NCBI RefSeq assembly: GCF_009914755.1
Contig: NC_060927.1
Length of the DNA stretch: 64,000 bases
Reading direction: 5' to 3' (one strand)
Origin: the human T2T-CHM13v2.0 reference genome, Homo sapiens
Shown here: piece after piece, positions 13,548 through 28,224 of the stretch
Numbering within the stretch: position 1 is the first letter of the stretch
How the letters are laid out: each line of letters opens with the position of its first letter
Translations under genes and position numbers: made by a program
Notes under the pieces: model-generated
Seen by the model: only the letters and a program-made list of their open reading frames with translations
What the model was told of the DNA's origin: nothing
The model's database searches: none

Positions 13548-13724
13548 AGTGTTTCTCAGAGTGTGGACCCCCAACTAGCAACATCAGCATCACTTGGGAA
13601 CTTGTTAGAAATGCAAATTCTTGGTCTTTGCTCCAGACCTTCTACATCAGGAACTCTGAGGTAATCTCTATCATAAATAAGTCTTCCAGGTGATTCTGAT
13701 GCACACCAAAGTTTGAGAATACAG
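13548..13724. mobile_element. MER5A hAT DNA transposon
   Basis: AGTGTTTCTCAGAGTGTGG...AGCATCACTTGGGAACTTGTTAGAAATGCAAATTCT...GGTGATTCTGATGCACACCAAAGTTTGAGAA. Confidence 0.85.
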
Positions 13725-14789
13725 GGTTGCAGGAGCGTGTTGAGGATTCTAATCCGGGCTCCGTGTAGAAAAAAAAACACAATAATTCATTAATGATATC
13801 TGCCATGAACATGGGAGGGAGGGATGGCAGCAAGTGCTGTATGTATTTGCAAACTCACTTCTGGCAGAATTGATAAATATCATGCAAACAAATGACCTAA
13901 GCAAGATAGTAGTTACCTAAAAGTTCTAAAGAATTGAAAGAACAATTTTTCAAAGTAAATAACAAATGTGGATGAAAAGGTGCCAGTGGACTGTCGGAGA
14001 GCCACATAACTCCTTGTCCATATACAGTGTTTTGAGGGAGACTTTAGAAAATAAGTTTCACTCTAAATTTCACAAGATGTAATAGTAATAAACATCATAT
14101 TTATAGCCACATGAAAAAATAACTCACAAGTATCCAGAACTTCTTTTCTCTTGATCCATAAGGAGAATTATGTGTTTGCCAGCTGAGTTTTATGGGTCTA
14201 TCTTGTACAGAATCAGTGTGAGAGGTGAAGGAAATATTTGAAAGGAACCCAGCTAGAAGGGCTTGCTATAGGGGTAAAAGAAGAGAGTTATTGGAAAACT
14301 AAAATAATAGACCAAAAAGGTGAAAGAAACTGGGGATAAGAGCCAGAGTGGGCTGGTTTGGGGAAAAGGTTTATTTTGAATTTTGAAGTTGGTTTGGAGA
14401 TAGAACTAAAGAGCATGAAAGCTATACAGAAAGAGATGGAGAAAGAAAATTTTAAGAACTTTTTCTATGTGTTAGGCTAAAATTTCCATTTGGTATTTTT
14501 GAGAGACTTCTGTAAATATTTAAATTGCTTTTTAGTTACTATAATACTGTCAATCATTATGATTTTGGTTGTTAAACTGTTGTTTCTTTCAGAATGATGC
14601 CATGCTAAAACTGAGCTTTATTTAGATTATTTGCATACTTTTTGTGTGTTTATCTTCTGTCTTCCTCTAAAAATGCTTTATTTAAAGTGGCATACAGAGA
14701 ACAGTAATGCTAAGAGCTTGTGTTTGTTTAAAATTTTGTAATTATAAAGCCATTTTGAAACATCATTTTTCAGTAGAATATTATAGTGA

Positions 14790-14940
14790 TGCAGGCAGAG
14801 GTGACATTATTATCCCCATTTTCCAGATGAGGACACTGGAAATCTGTGAAGTTTCTGCTTTGCTTTGAGTGAAATAACTAGTAAATGATGGATTTAGGAT
14901 TCAAACTTGGATGTTCTAACACCAAATGCTCATTCTTTTT
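14790..14940 (-). mobile_element. MIR SINE
   Basis: ATTATTATCCCCATTTTCCAGATGAGGACACTG...GGATTCAAAC. Confidence 0.7.
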
Positions 14941-15646
14941 ATACCTCTGATGGTATTAAAAGTAGTATAATGAAACAAGTCTCCTGTTGTTGAAGGTAAA
15001 TTACTTTAAACTTTAAATTTACACAATATCTCATAAGCTGTGGTTATACATGTAGCCACATCTTGGCAGTTAAGGAATTAGGATCTCATCTGAAAGGCGA
15101 GATTATTACAGAAATAAAGTACCTGGGAAGAGGAAAGTTTTTCATATTAGAAATTGGATCAGTAATAGATTGCAAGCAAAAGTCACCTAGTCTTGCTTAG
15201 TTTAGCTACAGATGATTAAAAGGAACTCTTGGTGGAGATTACTAAGAGGATACTTTGAGGCTATGCACATTTCTCAGACAGCAGGTACATGCAGGACAGA
15301 CAGCAGGAGTATCAGGAACCTGTGCTTGGAAACTGTATTGTTTTTATGTTTTTGTACTCTTTTATTTCCCTTTCTCCTCGTCCCTTCCTATAGTAGAGTT
15401 GTACTGAAGGTTCTATCCTGCCTAAGCCATGCCAAAGGAAACCAAGGAAAGGGGTTTTCTTCCTATTTTGGTTGGAGTTTTATTGTAGACCCCTGAGGAT
15501 TCAGAATGGGGGCATCAATGGGAAGGTGAACCCCAAGGACACAGAGTTGGGGTGGGGTGGTCAGTTGTCTCCTCCTACCTAGAGATCCCATTCCTTGAAA
15601 TGTCAGAAAAATGTATTCTTTTATTTTTGTTTTTTATTCCCCTTCT

Positions 15647-17301
15647 TTTTTTTTAAAATTATACTTTAAGTTCTAGGGTACATGTGCACAACATGCAGCT
15701 TTGTTACATGTGTATACATGTGCCATGTTGGTGTGCTGCACCCATTAACTCGTCATTTACATTAGGTATATCTCCTAATGCTATCCCTCCCCCTCCCCCT
15801 AACCCACGACAGGCCCCGGTGTGTGATGTTCCCCACCCTGTGTCCAAGTGTTCTCATTGTTCAATTCCCACCTATGAGTGAGACCATGTGGTGTTTGGTT
15901 TTCTGTCCTTGCGATAGTTTGCTCAGAATGATGGTTTCCAACTTCATCCATGTCCCTACAAAGGACATGAACTCATCATTTTTTATGGCTGCATAGTATT
16001 CCATGGTGTATATGTGCCACATTTTCTTAATCCAGTCTATCATAGTTGGTTCCAAGTCTTTGCTATTGTGAATAGTGCCACCATAAACATACGTGTGCAT
16101 GTGTCTTTATAGCAGCATGTTTTATTATACTTTGGGTATATAACCAGTAATGGGATGGCTGGGTCAAATGGTATTTCTAGTTCTAGATCCCTGAGGAATC
16201 ACCACACTGACTTCCACAATGGTTGAACTAGTTTACAGTCCCACCAACAGTGTAAAAGTGTTCCTATTTCTCCACATCCTCTCCAGCACCTGTTGTTTCC
16301 CGACTTTTAAATGATTGCCATTCTAACTGGTGTGAGATGGTACCTCATTGTGGTTTTGATTTGCATTTCTCTGATGGCCAGTGATGATGAGCATTTTTTC
16401 ATGTGTCTGTTGGCTACATAAATGTCTTCTTTTGAGAAGTGTCTGTTCATATCCTTTGCCCACTTTTTGATGGGGTTGTTTGATTTTTTTCTTGTAAATT
16501 TGTTTAAGCTCTTTGTAGATTCTGGATATTAGCCCTTTGTCAGATGGGTAGATTGTAAAAATTCTCTCCCATTCTGTAGGTTGCCTGTTCACTCTGATGA
16601 TAGTTTCTTTTGCTGTGCAGAAGCTCTTTAGTTTAATTAGATCCCATTTGTCAATTTTGGCTTTTGTTGCCATTGCTTTTGGTGTTTTAGTCATGAAGTT
16701 CTTGTCCATGCCTATGTCCTGAATGGTATTGCCTAGGTTTTCTTCTAGGGTTTTTATGGTTTTAGGTCTAACATTTAAGTCTTTAATCCATCTTGAATTA
16801 ATTTTTGTATAAGGTGTAAGGAAGGGATCCAGTTTCAGCTTTCTACATATGGCTAGCCAGTTTTCCCAGCACCATTTATTAAATAGGGAATCCTTTCCCC
16901 ATTTCTTGTTTTTGTCAGGTTTGTCAAAGATCAGATAGTTGTAGATGTGTGGTGTTATTTCTGAGGCCTCTGTTCTGTTCCATTGGTTTATATCTCTGTT
17001 TTGGTACCAGTACCATGATGTTTTGGTTACTGTAGCCTTGTAGTATAGTTTGAAGTCAGGTAGCATGATGCCTCCAGCATTGTTCTCTTGCCTTAGGATC
17101 GTCTTGGCAGTGCAGGCTCTTTTTTGGTTCCATATCAACTTTAAAGTAGTTTTTTCCAATTTTGTGAAGAAAGTCATTGGTAGCTTGATGGGGACGGCAT
17201 TTAATCTATAAATTACCTTGGGCAGTATGGCCATTTTCACAATATTGATTCTTCCTATCCATGAGCATGGAATGTTCTTCCATTTGTTTGTTTCCTCTTT
17301 G
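15647..17301 (-). mobile_element. 5'-truncated L1PA (L1PA5/6-like), ORF2 C-terminal part plus 3' UTR
   Basis: ORF 16323..17240 is L1 ORF2p ([11 protein letters not shown]...[19 protein letters not shown]). Poly(T) at 15647. TSD ATTCCCCTTCT (15636-15646) / ATTTCCCTTCT (17302-17312). Confidence 0.95.
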
Positions 17302-17821
17302 ATTTCCCTTCTAAGAGAGAATCTCTGAAAAGAAGATTGCCGAGAGTGTTCACATGATTTGTAGGAGAGATGAGTCAGAATGAAGGGGTATGGGAAGGAA
17401 AAATTAAATAGTTATTTTCTAAATACAGAATTTAAAAATATATACTAAAAATAAAATTGTTTAAAATATTAATAAAAAGTTCAGAATGAAGTTTTTCTCT
17501 ATTGCTCTCTAGCACTTGCATTTCCCAAACTCCAAAGAATATTTTCTTATGTAACAATCTGCACAATGTCAGTTGACAAGCAACACAGTATAGTTCTCAA
17601 ATACAAAAGTAAAAATCAGGATACCCATCCATTTTCCCAAGCTGAGAAGAAGAAAGAATGAAGAGATTTCTTTGCTTATAGAGTTCTAATTTAAAAGTTG
17701 GGAAGTTTTCCTATTCTGCTGATTAAGACTTGAAGCTTGGGGGTAAATAGTGGTTGCAGCAGAAATCTGCCCCTTAGGGACTGGAATCAAGAAGCATATT
17801 GCCCTAATACTTAAAACACAT

Positions 17822-17837
17822 GAGAGAGCGAGAGAGG

Positions 17838-17872
<35 letters not shown>

Positions 17873-17900
17873 GAGGAAGAGAAAGAAAGAGAGAAAAAAG
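17822..17900. repeat. GA-rich simple repeat
   Basis: (GA)n and GAAA tracts read directly. Confidence 0.9.
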
Positions 17901-18942
17901 AATAAATAAATCTAAAAACAAAAATATGGCAATTAGAATATGGATTTCCACAAAGGAATTTAAAGATCATTGATAGGCAAGGGTTTAAATATATATGAGT
18001 GTGAATACTGGACCATATTTCAACAACATTAGCATGTCTTCCTAGCTTATATAAATTGCCATTGAAGTTTTACTTATGTGGTGTTATTGTATAATCACCT
18101 GCTTGACCTTGGCAGTGAAGTGAAACTTGTAAGACTAGAAATTTGTTTACATTTAACCCATCTCTACATTGGTATGTGCTGTAGGTTGGCATTTATATGC
18201 AAAGTAGCCAATTATCTATGTTTTTCTTTGTTTACCCTACAGCAGAATGGTGAAACCAATTTCTTGCATGTATAATTCAAAGAAATTTAATGCTAATGAG
18301 GAAAAAGAAAGATTCATATACTGTCCAAAATGTACAATTCCACTGCTACTGGGATGACCAAGTGCATTTTTGTATGTAAGAAGTTCATTGAAGTTTATTT
18401 TTAAAAAAGAAATCTTTCATAGATATAAGAGAGGAAGAACCACACAAAAGACAAGTTGCATTTCTCACCCTTCTCTCTCCAGATGTTCTCCTGTTGCTGC
18501 TTCTGCAAAGTGAACAGAGAGAGGTAGCCAATTAACTTCCTTGAGTAACCAAATATTTAAAACAAATGAATACACAAAAACCTTTCAGCGGCCTTCATTT
18601 GTAGGCAAGGTAACCACAGAGAATCAGTCAATAAATTGACCAAGCACTTGTAAGAAGAATGTATTTGTCACAGGGCTATGCTGCTCACTGGCAGCGCACC
18701 TGACTGGCTTCTTAACCCGGCCAGCTCCTTTGTCCCAAAACCAGGCTCTGCTTCCTTTCAGGGTCTTGGAATAAGTCCTACCCAATTTGTTAATTTGAGA
18801 TCAAGTCCGATTTGTTGCTGGCCCCTCTCTAACCCTGGTGTCGCATCTGTTCCTGGTTGTGTTTATTTCCTATCTCCTAATTACACCATTGACTGAGCTT
18901 TCTGCCAATTTCTTCAGCTCTCATGTTATTCTCTGAAGCTTA

Positions 18943-19380
18943 TGTATTAGTTTGCCAGGGCTGCTATAACACAGTACCACAAACTGGATAGCTTGAAAAA
19001 CAGAAATTTATTGTCTTACAGTTCTAAAAGCTAGAAGTCTAAAGTGTCACCAGGGTTGGTTCCTTCTGAGGGCTATGAGAGAGAATCTGCTCCACAATTT
19101 TCCCTTAGTTTCTGGTGGTTTGCTGGCAATCTTTAACATTCTTTGACCTGTAGAGGCATCACCTTGATCTCTGCCTTCAGGCTCACGTGGTGTTCTCTCT
19201 TTATAAGGATATCAGTCATGTTGGATTAGGAGCACACTGTACTTCATTATGACCTCATCTTAACTGATTACATCTGCAGGGATACTATTCCTAAATAAGG
19301 TCACATCTGAGAAACTGGGGCTTAGAACTTCAATGTATCAATTTTGGGGATACACAATTCAGCCCATTCAACCCATAACA
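18943..19380 (-). mobile_element. MLT1C-like MaLR solo LTR
   Basis: TGTATTAGTTTGCCAGGGCTGCTATAACA...CAACCCATAACA with a perfect 5-bp TSD GCTTA (18938-18942, 19381-19385). Confidence 0.9.
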
Positions 19381-19600
19381 GCTTATTAACTCTTGTCCTA
19401 ATTTCCAAATGCCCTGCTTGATTTCTGCCAATGGCCTATACATGATTTACCTTTGATTGCTTATTTTACTACACACCCTTCTTAGATTTGATTTGAACTT
19501 CACCTGACTGTACTCATGATCTTCCTGCCCTCTTTTTAGGACACTAATGTCCTAGGTCTATATTTACTCTGAGATTTACATCTCATTGTGTCTAGCTCTG

Positions 19601-20114
19601 TGTGGTGGGCAGAATAATGGTTTCCCGAAGACATCCAAGTCCTACTCCCCAGAATCTACACATATGTTAGGTTCCATGGCAAAAAGGAATCAAAGTTGCA
19701 GATGGAATCAAGTTTGCTAATCAACTGCCTTTAAAATAGGGAGATTATCCTGGATTATCCAATTGGGCCCAATGTAATCAAGCTTTTAAAACTGAAAGAA
19801 GGAGGTGAAAGAAGACAGAGGAAGATATGTGCCAATGGAAGCAGGGTTAAAAAGATGCTTTGTTACTGGCTTTGAAGATGCAAGAAGGGGGCTTCAAACC
19901 AAGGAATGCAGGTGGCCTCTATAGATGGAAAAGGCAGGAAGATGGATTATTTTCTATGGCTTCCAGAAAGCTACACAACCAAGCTGACACCTTGATTTTG
20001 GTCCAGTGAGACCCATGTTGGACTCCTGAACTACAGAATTATAAGTAAATTTGAATTGACTTAAGCCACCAAGTTTGTGGTAATTTGTTAAGGCAGCAAT
20101 AAAAATCCAATGCA
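19601..20114 (+). mobile_element. MLT1D-like MaLR solo LTR
   Basis: TGTGGTGGGCAGAATAATGG...GCAGATGGAATCAAGTTTGCTAATCA...TAAGCCACCAAGTTTGTGGTAATTTGTTAAGGCAGCAATA. Confidence 0.85.
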
Positions 20115-20259
20115 TCTTAAAATAAAAAATTCCTGGGCATGCCCTCATATTTAGATGCCAGCCTTTATCCTACCCTGAAAGTTCTTCCTGTTCTCCTAGG
20201 CTTATTCCAATTAATTCATTTCGCCACTACTTCAAAACTTAGAATTAACATGCATTAGA

Positions 20260-20510
20260 TGCAACATGGTGTAATAGAATTTGCCTAGGTGTTGGAATCA
20301 GACTTGACTGCAAATTCTGATTCTGTTACTTTTTAGCTGTGTGACCTTAGATAAATTATTAAACCTTTCTGAGCTTCAGTTACCTCTTTTTTATCTACAA
20401 AATGGAGATAATAAGACATACCTTTTACTGTGAGGATTAATAATAAAATCTTTAAATGCACCTAACACGATGCATTGTACACGTTAGGTATTCAATAAGT
20501 AGTAACTATT
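20260..20510 (+). mobile_element. MIR SINE
   Basis: TGGAATCAGAC...TAGCTGTGTGACCTTAGATAAATTATTAAACCTTTCTGAGCTTCAGTT. Confidence 0.8.
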
Positions 20511-20587
20511 CTTAAGGTGTTTTAAATTCTTAAGCCCACCATTTAATTTTTCCAGCACATGTTATTTTTAAAGCAAGGCTCATTTTA

Positions 20588-20889
20588 TTTTTATTATTAT
20601 TTTTTTTTGAGACAGGGTCTGTCTCTTGCCCAGGCTAGAGTGCAGTGGCACAATTTCAGCTCACTGAAACCTCCACTTCCTGGCCTCAAGCGATCCTCAC
20701 ACCTCAGCCTCCTAAGCAGCTGGGACCACAAACACGGGACCACATCCGGCTAATTTTTTTTTTTATTTTTTGTAGAGAAAAGGTTTTGCCATGTTGCCCA
20801 GGCTGGTCTTGAATTCTTGGGCTGAAGCGATTCCTGGCCTTAGCCTTCCAAAGTGCTGGGATTACATGCATGAGCCACCGCGCCTGGCC
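20588..20889 (-). mobile_element. AluJ-like SINE
   Basis: Dimeric Alu in antisense with old-subfamily features (GAGACAGGGTCT, CTCAAGCGATCCTC). TSD AAGGCTCATTTTA / AAGTCTCATTTTA. Confidence 0.9.
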
Positions 20890-21373
20890 AAGTCTCATTT
20901 TAGATTCAAAATATAAACAAGTAATGGGATCTTGAAAGGAAGAATCAGTGAGGCATTGTGTCTTATAGTACTTATTGGTAAATGGATAAATATTCAGGAA
21001 TAAGAAAACATAAAATGGTCAAAAACATGTCCAATTATTTTTTGTAGGAGACACCCTGAAACAGAAGAGGACAGCACTCAGGAGACTGAGTTAATTGTGA
21101 AATGTGTGCTGTCCTGCAGTAGGCAGAGAATGGGAAGATATTTGCTCTGTTGAATAATGACGTAACTAACTTGAAAGCATTTTGGAAGATCATATGCATG
21201 TCTCCTTTTGCCTTCAAAGGACTTTACATCACATGGCCTAAATTTGCTTCATCATGTCATCATGAAGTTGAACGCCATAAAAGATATTTAGGAAAATGGA
21301 AGTTATAAAATATGTAAAAATTACTTATAACAAAGAATAGTTTATTGAAAAACTATTTTTAGAAGTTTCTTCT

Positions 21374-21858
21374 GGTTTTCTGTCCTTGTGATAGTTTGCT
21401 CAAAATGATGGTTTCCAGCTTCATCCATGTCACTGCAAAGGATATGAACTTATCCTTTTTTATGGCTGCATAGTATTTTATGGTATATATGTGCCACATT
21501 TTCTTAATCCAGTCTATCATTGATGGACATTTGGGTTGGTTCCAAGTTTTTGCTATTGTGAATAGTGCCGCAATAAACCTACGTGTGCGTGTGTCTTTAT
21601 AGTAGCATGATGTCGCATGTTCTCACTCATAGGTGGGAACTGAACAATGAAAACACTTGGACACACGGTGGGGAACATCACACATGGGGGCCTGTTGTGG
21701 GGTGGGGGCAGGGAGAGGGATAGCATTAGGAGAAACACCTAATGTAAATGACGAGTTAATGGGTGCAGCAAACCAACATGGCACATATATACCTATGTAA
21801 CAAACCTGCACATTGTGCACATGTACCCTAGAACTTAAAGTATAATAATAATTTAAAG
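21374..21858 (+). mobile_element. Short L1PA (5/6-like) insertion with 5' inversion
   Basis: 21374-~21611 is antisense L1 and ~21612-21858 is sense L1 3' UTR with a tail. TSD AGTTTCTTCT at 21364-21373 and 21859-21868. Confidence 0.9.
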
Positions 21859-23489
21859 AGTTTCTTCTATTTAAAAAAGAATCGGGGGAAAAATGAATAA
21901 GTAACACTGAAACATTGCAGTAAAACTTGATAGAGTGAAGTAAAAATTTCCTTTGAGAGTTAAAAATGATTCTTCAAGAAATAGCAATAGTTATTGAGGA
22001 TCTTACTGCACTCAGAAAAACAGGGGCAACCCCCCTAAGACAGTACCTTCTGAGCTTAAGTGCAGAGATATGAACTTCATAATATTTTAAAACCATGACA
22101 TTAGCAATCACTGCATCTGGCTCAGATAGTGCAGTTTTAGCTAATATTTGTCAACTAAATGAGTAGAATAAACTCACCTCAAAATACATTTTGAATCTCA
22201 AGAACCAGAGAACATAAGTAAAATACTCTTATTAAGAAATAGTAGTTGCCATCAGTCAATTCTTGTTGCTGCAAATTTCTTAAATCTCAAATCTAAAAAG
22301 AAGAAATATATGAAGTTAGCCATATGATCACATCTTACAGGACTAGAAAACAAGTGGTATTACAGTTGGAGCAACAGATGGGGTCCAACAGATAATTCCA
22401 GTTGCAGAGAGCAAAAGAGGTGGGTAGAGGTGAAGTCAGAACGGTAGGTGTAAGGTAGACGCTCTCCAGAGGGTAAGGGAAGCTCCACGATGGGATAGAA
22501 GTACAGCACCTGAAAGAAATACATACTTCCCTCCTGGGGAAGAGCCAGAAACCAGATTCAGAAAGATTGGAGGTCAGAGTGTGGCATCAGAATACATGTG
22601 GTGCACAAGGAAGCGAATGGGATTCATGAGGAAGTAAGAAGGTACTAGCTACGTCTAAGGGAGAGAGGAATGAAGAAATAGAACCAGGAACAACAAGATG
22701 TCACTCAGGATCACTGATCAGGAGCAGAGTAGGGAACACACCAGGGAGTTTTAGAATCCAGCAGGCAGTTACTCCTAATGATGAACTTGTGGGCATAGCC
22801 TATTTTCCATAACATCTTCTGTCCACTACTTTCAATTTGTAAAATGGTCAGGCCTGGCCAGGTGGACAACAGTGTGAGTCTTGGCGAGTAACATCTTTGT
22901 GATTTGATATTACAAAACAAAATGTCCTAAGGTAGTAGGTCCCAGGACACAGTCTGGGGTTCTGCCAAGCAAATAATTCCAGAAACGTGATGGCAAGGCC
23001 TGTGCAAGCCAAAGCCATTGGTGCCTCTTGCTTCTTATCTGATGAAGATGTCCTCAACTTCTTCAGCTAGTGACAAAATTAAACACTCACTCCAGACCAA
23101 TACATAAGCCAATTTGTGATAGGACAGATAAACTTGTTTTAATTTGGGAAATTCTATAAATTTTAGAAATATGTGAAATGAAATAAATGAGATATCAGAT
23201 GCCCAGAGTCAATTGAGAACTTCCTAATTCATCTCAGTTACTGACTTATATAATGATGTCTGGCAAATGGCCTTGGACAAGGAGTTCAAGTCCCAAATTG
23301 CATTTATAATTCCAAGTGGAATATATTGGTGATATCTTGATCTTTGTGTTGGGAACACCCTAGTCTCATTTCAAAGATTGATAAATGGGTAGTTATATGA
23401 TGTAAGAGTGTTTGCTCTCGCTTACCTAGATAAACAAGTAAGTAGACCTAGCTACAATACAGAAAAAATCCCAAAATGTTGCAGGTTAA

Positions 23490-24580
23490 TGCTACATGCA
23501 ACCCACATCTAATCAGAAATTGTATTATTTTAATTCTGCCTCCTAAATATCTCCCAAACAAAAAAATAATTTTTTCCCTCAACTTACTGTGACATTGACC
23601 TAGTTCAAGCTCCTTCACCTGGACTATTAAAGCAGCTTCTTATTTTTTTTCCTATCTAGCTCTCCCTTATTTCTTCCAATTTCTTTTCCATACACAGCAA
23701 TTACTGTTTTTCTAAATATCTAACCTGATAATTTCATTGCTAAGATTCAAACCTTTAATGGTACCCAGTTTTTTTGTATAAAGCCAACTTTCCTTAAAAT
23801 GGTCTATGAAGATGTTCATAATCTTCTTGTCATTTGCTTTTCCAATTTGAATTCCATATTTGAGCCCCAATGAACAACTTTTAGCTCCCAAATGTCATGC
23901 TGTCTCACCTCTGAGTCTTGCACTTTATGTTTTCTCTGTCTGTAACTTTCTTCATTGCCTCTTTCCTACTTCTCTCTTCTTTCAGATTTTATGGCTAATT
24001 TCTACCCACCTCTCAGGTTTGGGCAGGCAAACTACTTGTGCTCACCAGTATCCATCTTTCCTTCTTTATCCTTGGCACGTGGCTAGACTACATTTCCTAG
24101 TCTTCCTTGCAGTTAGGTGTGATCATATGACTAAATAAAATGTGAGTGGAAGTGGTATGCCTGCCACAAGCCCATTAAAAAAACCTGCCACAAGAAACCA
24201 AACCTTCCTCAACCTCTCCATCCACCCATCTGACTGGAAAGGACTCAGAGGACTTTGAGGAGAACAGAGTCCTAAGAAAGGTGCCTGGGACTTTCATTTG
24301 ACTGTAACATGAGCAAGAATAAATCATTAGTGTGTGGAACTGTGGAGAACTTGGGGTTGTTTCAGCAGCTGGCATTGCTATCCTTAAGTGACTCAAGGTT
24401 TTTGTTGACATAACTTTGGGAAACCTTCTCTGGTTGAAAATATCTGTCTTCTGTGCTCTACTATAAGCTTGGTAAGGGCAGACACCAATATCTTATTCAC
24501 TATTTTATCTTTTGTTCTTATTACAGTGTCTGTACACAATGTGTAAACACCCCAAAATATCTGTTGAATGTTAAATCAAT
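23490..24580 (+). mobile_element. L2 fragments interrupted by an MLT1(H/J-like) LTR at ~24035-24390
   Basis: L2 motifs (TTCTGCCTCCTAAATATCTC; CACCTGGACTA; AAATATCTGTTGAATG) flank GACTACATTTCCTAGTCTTCCTTGCAGTTAGGTGTGATCATATGACT (MLT1). Confidence 0.6.
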
Positions 24581-25544
24581 GGGTTTTAACATTGAAGCTT
24601 AGAGAATTCACATTTCAGTTTCCAGAGATTAAACATATATGATTAAATTTAGAAAGTACATTTTATTCCTTTATTTGACAGAGCAGAAACTATGAAAACT
24701 GGGAAATTCTTACATCTAAACAAGCAAACAACTTGAAAGACCAAATCAGCATTTTGGGACAAGGAAGTTAGTACAAAGAGAGGTTTACGTTTTGATACTT
24801 GAGCTTTTGAAAAGCTGAAATAGGCTCTAATTTTTCTTATCAATTTTCAGAGCTCTAGGCAATTCAAACCTGTTCAAAGTGTCAGTTGACATGTCCAGTA
24901 ATGGTAGGTGCACTTTGTTACAAGACCACAAAAGGCAATAGTTGTCTACTTATGAGAAAAATATTGCCAAGAGAAACTTGTCATCTCTATAGCATTAATA
25001 TAAAACAATTTGTAGTTATTGAATACAATGGATCTCCATCTTAGGCCAAGGTTTTTTTGTGTGCGAAGTGATCACCACTTTCTCTCCTAATTAGGGTATG
25101 ATGGACTTTAGAGTAGCCCATAGAAATCATCCTGGAAATAGAAAAATGAATGAATTTTCAGAAAGAAAAGAGGGAAGAGAAAATGAGTGGGAGGGAGAGA
25201 GAAAGAGAGACAGAGACAGAAAGATCACATACTAGAATAATCTCTATGTGAATAAAGAGCCTAAGATTTTCACACTTCATTGACCTTCCTCAACTAGAAG
25301 AAAGTCTGCTGCTGCTGATTTTCACTAAAATTAATTATGGCATGGATAGGAGAGAACAAGGAGAAATAAGTATTCAAAATTTACTAAACTTCTATATTTC
25401 TTTTATTTATAAGAAATTATTGGATTTTTTTACCTTACCTCTTTGCTAAAGGATTGCAAAAAAATATGGTTTCAGATTGCATATTTAAGGCAAATGAAAT
25501 TAGCTATATGTTCTAAATCTATTATTTGTTTCTTTCTTGCTACA

Positions 25545-26010
25545 GAAGCCTGATGACTGGTATGCCAATTATGACACCTTTCCTTTCCTATTCTTTTCAG
25601 CTTGGGGTAGCCACATGATCCAGTTCTCTCCAATGAGACCTAAGGTGAAATCTGTTGATGAAATTTCTGGTGATTTTTTTTAAATAAAAAGGAACAGATG
25701 CTGTTGACACTGTTCTCCCCTACTTCCAGCCCCCAAAGTATTCTTCTTACTTTGAATGCAGATATGGAGTCTATAGCTTCAGAGGCCATTTTGCTACTAT
25801 GAGGCACTAAGCATGAGGATAAAATCCAACATGATTTGGATGATAAAGCTGAAAAATAGAAAGAGCTTAGGCTTCTGGCATTGTTGAGAAGATTAACTAA
25901 TACCAGCAGAGAGAAACATTTATCTCTAGGCTCTCTGTAATATGGGAAAAATAAACCACTGTATATTTAAGCCTTCATTAGTCAGATTTTCAAAAACATT
26001 CAAACACTTG
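25545..26010 (+). mobile_element. Old MLT1(K-like) LTR
   Basis: GGGGTAGCCACATGATCCAGTTCT...CCAATGAGA...GGCCATTTTGCTACTATGAGG...AAAATAAACC...TTTAAGCC. Confidence 0.55.
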
Positions 26011-26267
26011 GCCAATACATAGAGACAGAAGAGTAGAGAACATATTGAAACATATTTAAAACTCACGCCAGATTCCAGTGCATACCTTTCTCTTGCTGAT
26101 TGGCCAGAATAGCCTAGGATTCAGGATTTATGCACATTTGGATATTCAGTTTAATGGCAGAACTGTGAAGATGAGAACAATGAGTGAAAACCATTTAGTT
26201 AAGAAATGCTGTTGCCAGTTACTTAAAAACAAAACCTGTGCAAATTTTTAAAAAAATGTTTTATAGG

Positions 26268-27237
<970 letters not shown>

Positions 27238-27399
27238 GGCAAAAGCATGTTTACAAGAACATAGATACTATATCAGATGGGACTGACAGACTGAGATATT
27301 ATTCTTACATGTGAGGCTTTTTTTGGAGTTATTCAGGATTAAGAACAGGATTGGTCATCAAGTCTGGGGCACAGCTGTAGATGAAGAGTTAAATGCTAT

Positions 27400-28224
27400 A
27401 AAATATTTGCTTTAACATATTTGAAGAGATTTCTTCTGAGCCATATATGAGTGACCAATGGCCTGTGACACAACTGTCAGGAGATCCACCAAGGTGGTCG
27501 GGCTATAGCTTGGTTTTATACATTTTAGGGAGACATAAGACATCAATTAATACATGTAAGATGTACATTGGTTTGGTCTGGAAAGGCACGACAATTCGAA
27601 GTGGGGGCTTCCAAATTATAGGTAGATGCAAAGATTTTCTGATTGGCAATTGGCTGAAAGGTTAAGTTACTGTCCAAAGACCTAGAATCAATAGATGGGA
27701 ATGTCTGGGTTAAGAAGAAGAGTTGTGGGTTATGCAGAGGAAGCCTCCAGGTAGCAGGCTTCAGAGGGAATACATTGTAAACGTTTCTTATCACAGCTGA
27801 TTCTTTCCTGAATCAGGAAAAAGGCCTGGAAAAGTAAGGGGATTCTCTTCAGAATGTAGATTTTTCCCACAAGAGACAGCTTTGCAGGACTATTTCAAGA
27901 TATGGCAAAGGAACATAATTTGAGGTAAAACACTTCAATTTCTTTCAGGGCCTGCTATCTGTCATGTGATGCTGTACTAGAGTCAGGCTAGAATTTGGTA
28001 TCTCGTTGTTACAAAGTCTGTTTTGTCAGTCTTAAGGTCTATTTTAGTACTAATGCTAGTCAGCTGTGCCAGAATTCCAAAAGGGAGGAAATAATGAGGC
28101 ATGTCCAACTCCCCTTCCCATTATGGTCTGAACTAGTTTTTCGGGTTGACTTTGAAATGCCCTTGGCTAAGGGGAGGGTCCATCAGTCAACCAAGGGGCT
28201 TAGAATTTTATTTTTTTGTTTACA
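27400..28224 (-). mobile_element. MER4E-like ERV1 solo LTR
   Basis: Reverse complement starts TGTAAACAAAAAAATAAAATTCTAAGCCCC...GCCAAGGGCATTTCAAAGTCAACCCGAAAAACTAGTTCAG. Confidence 0.75.
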
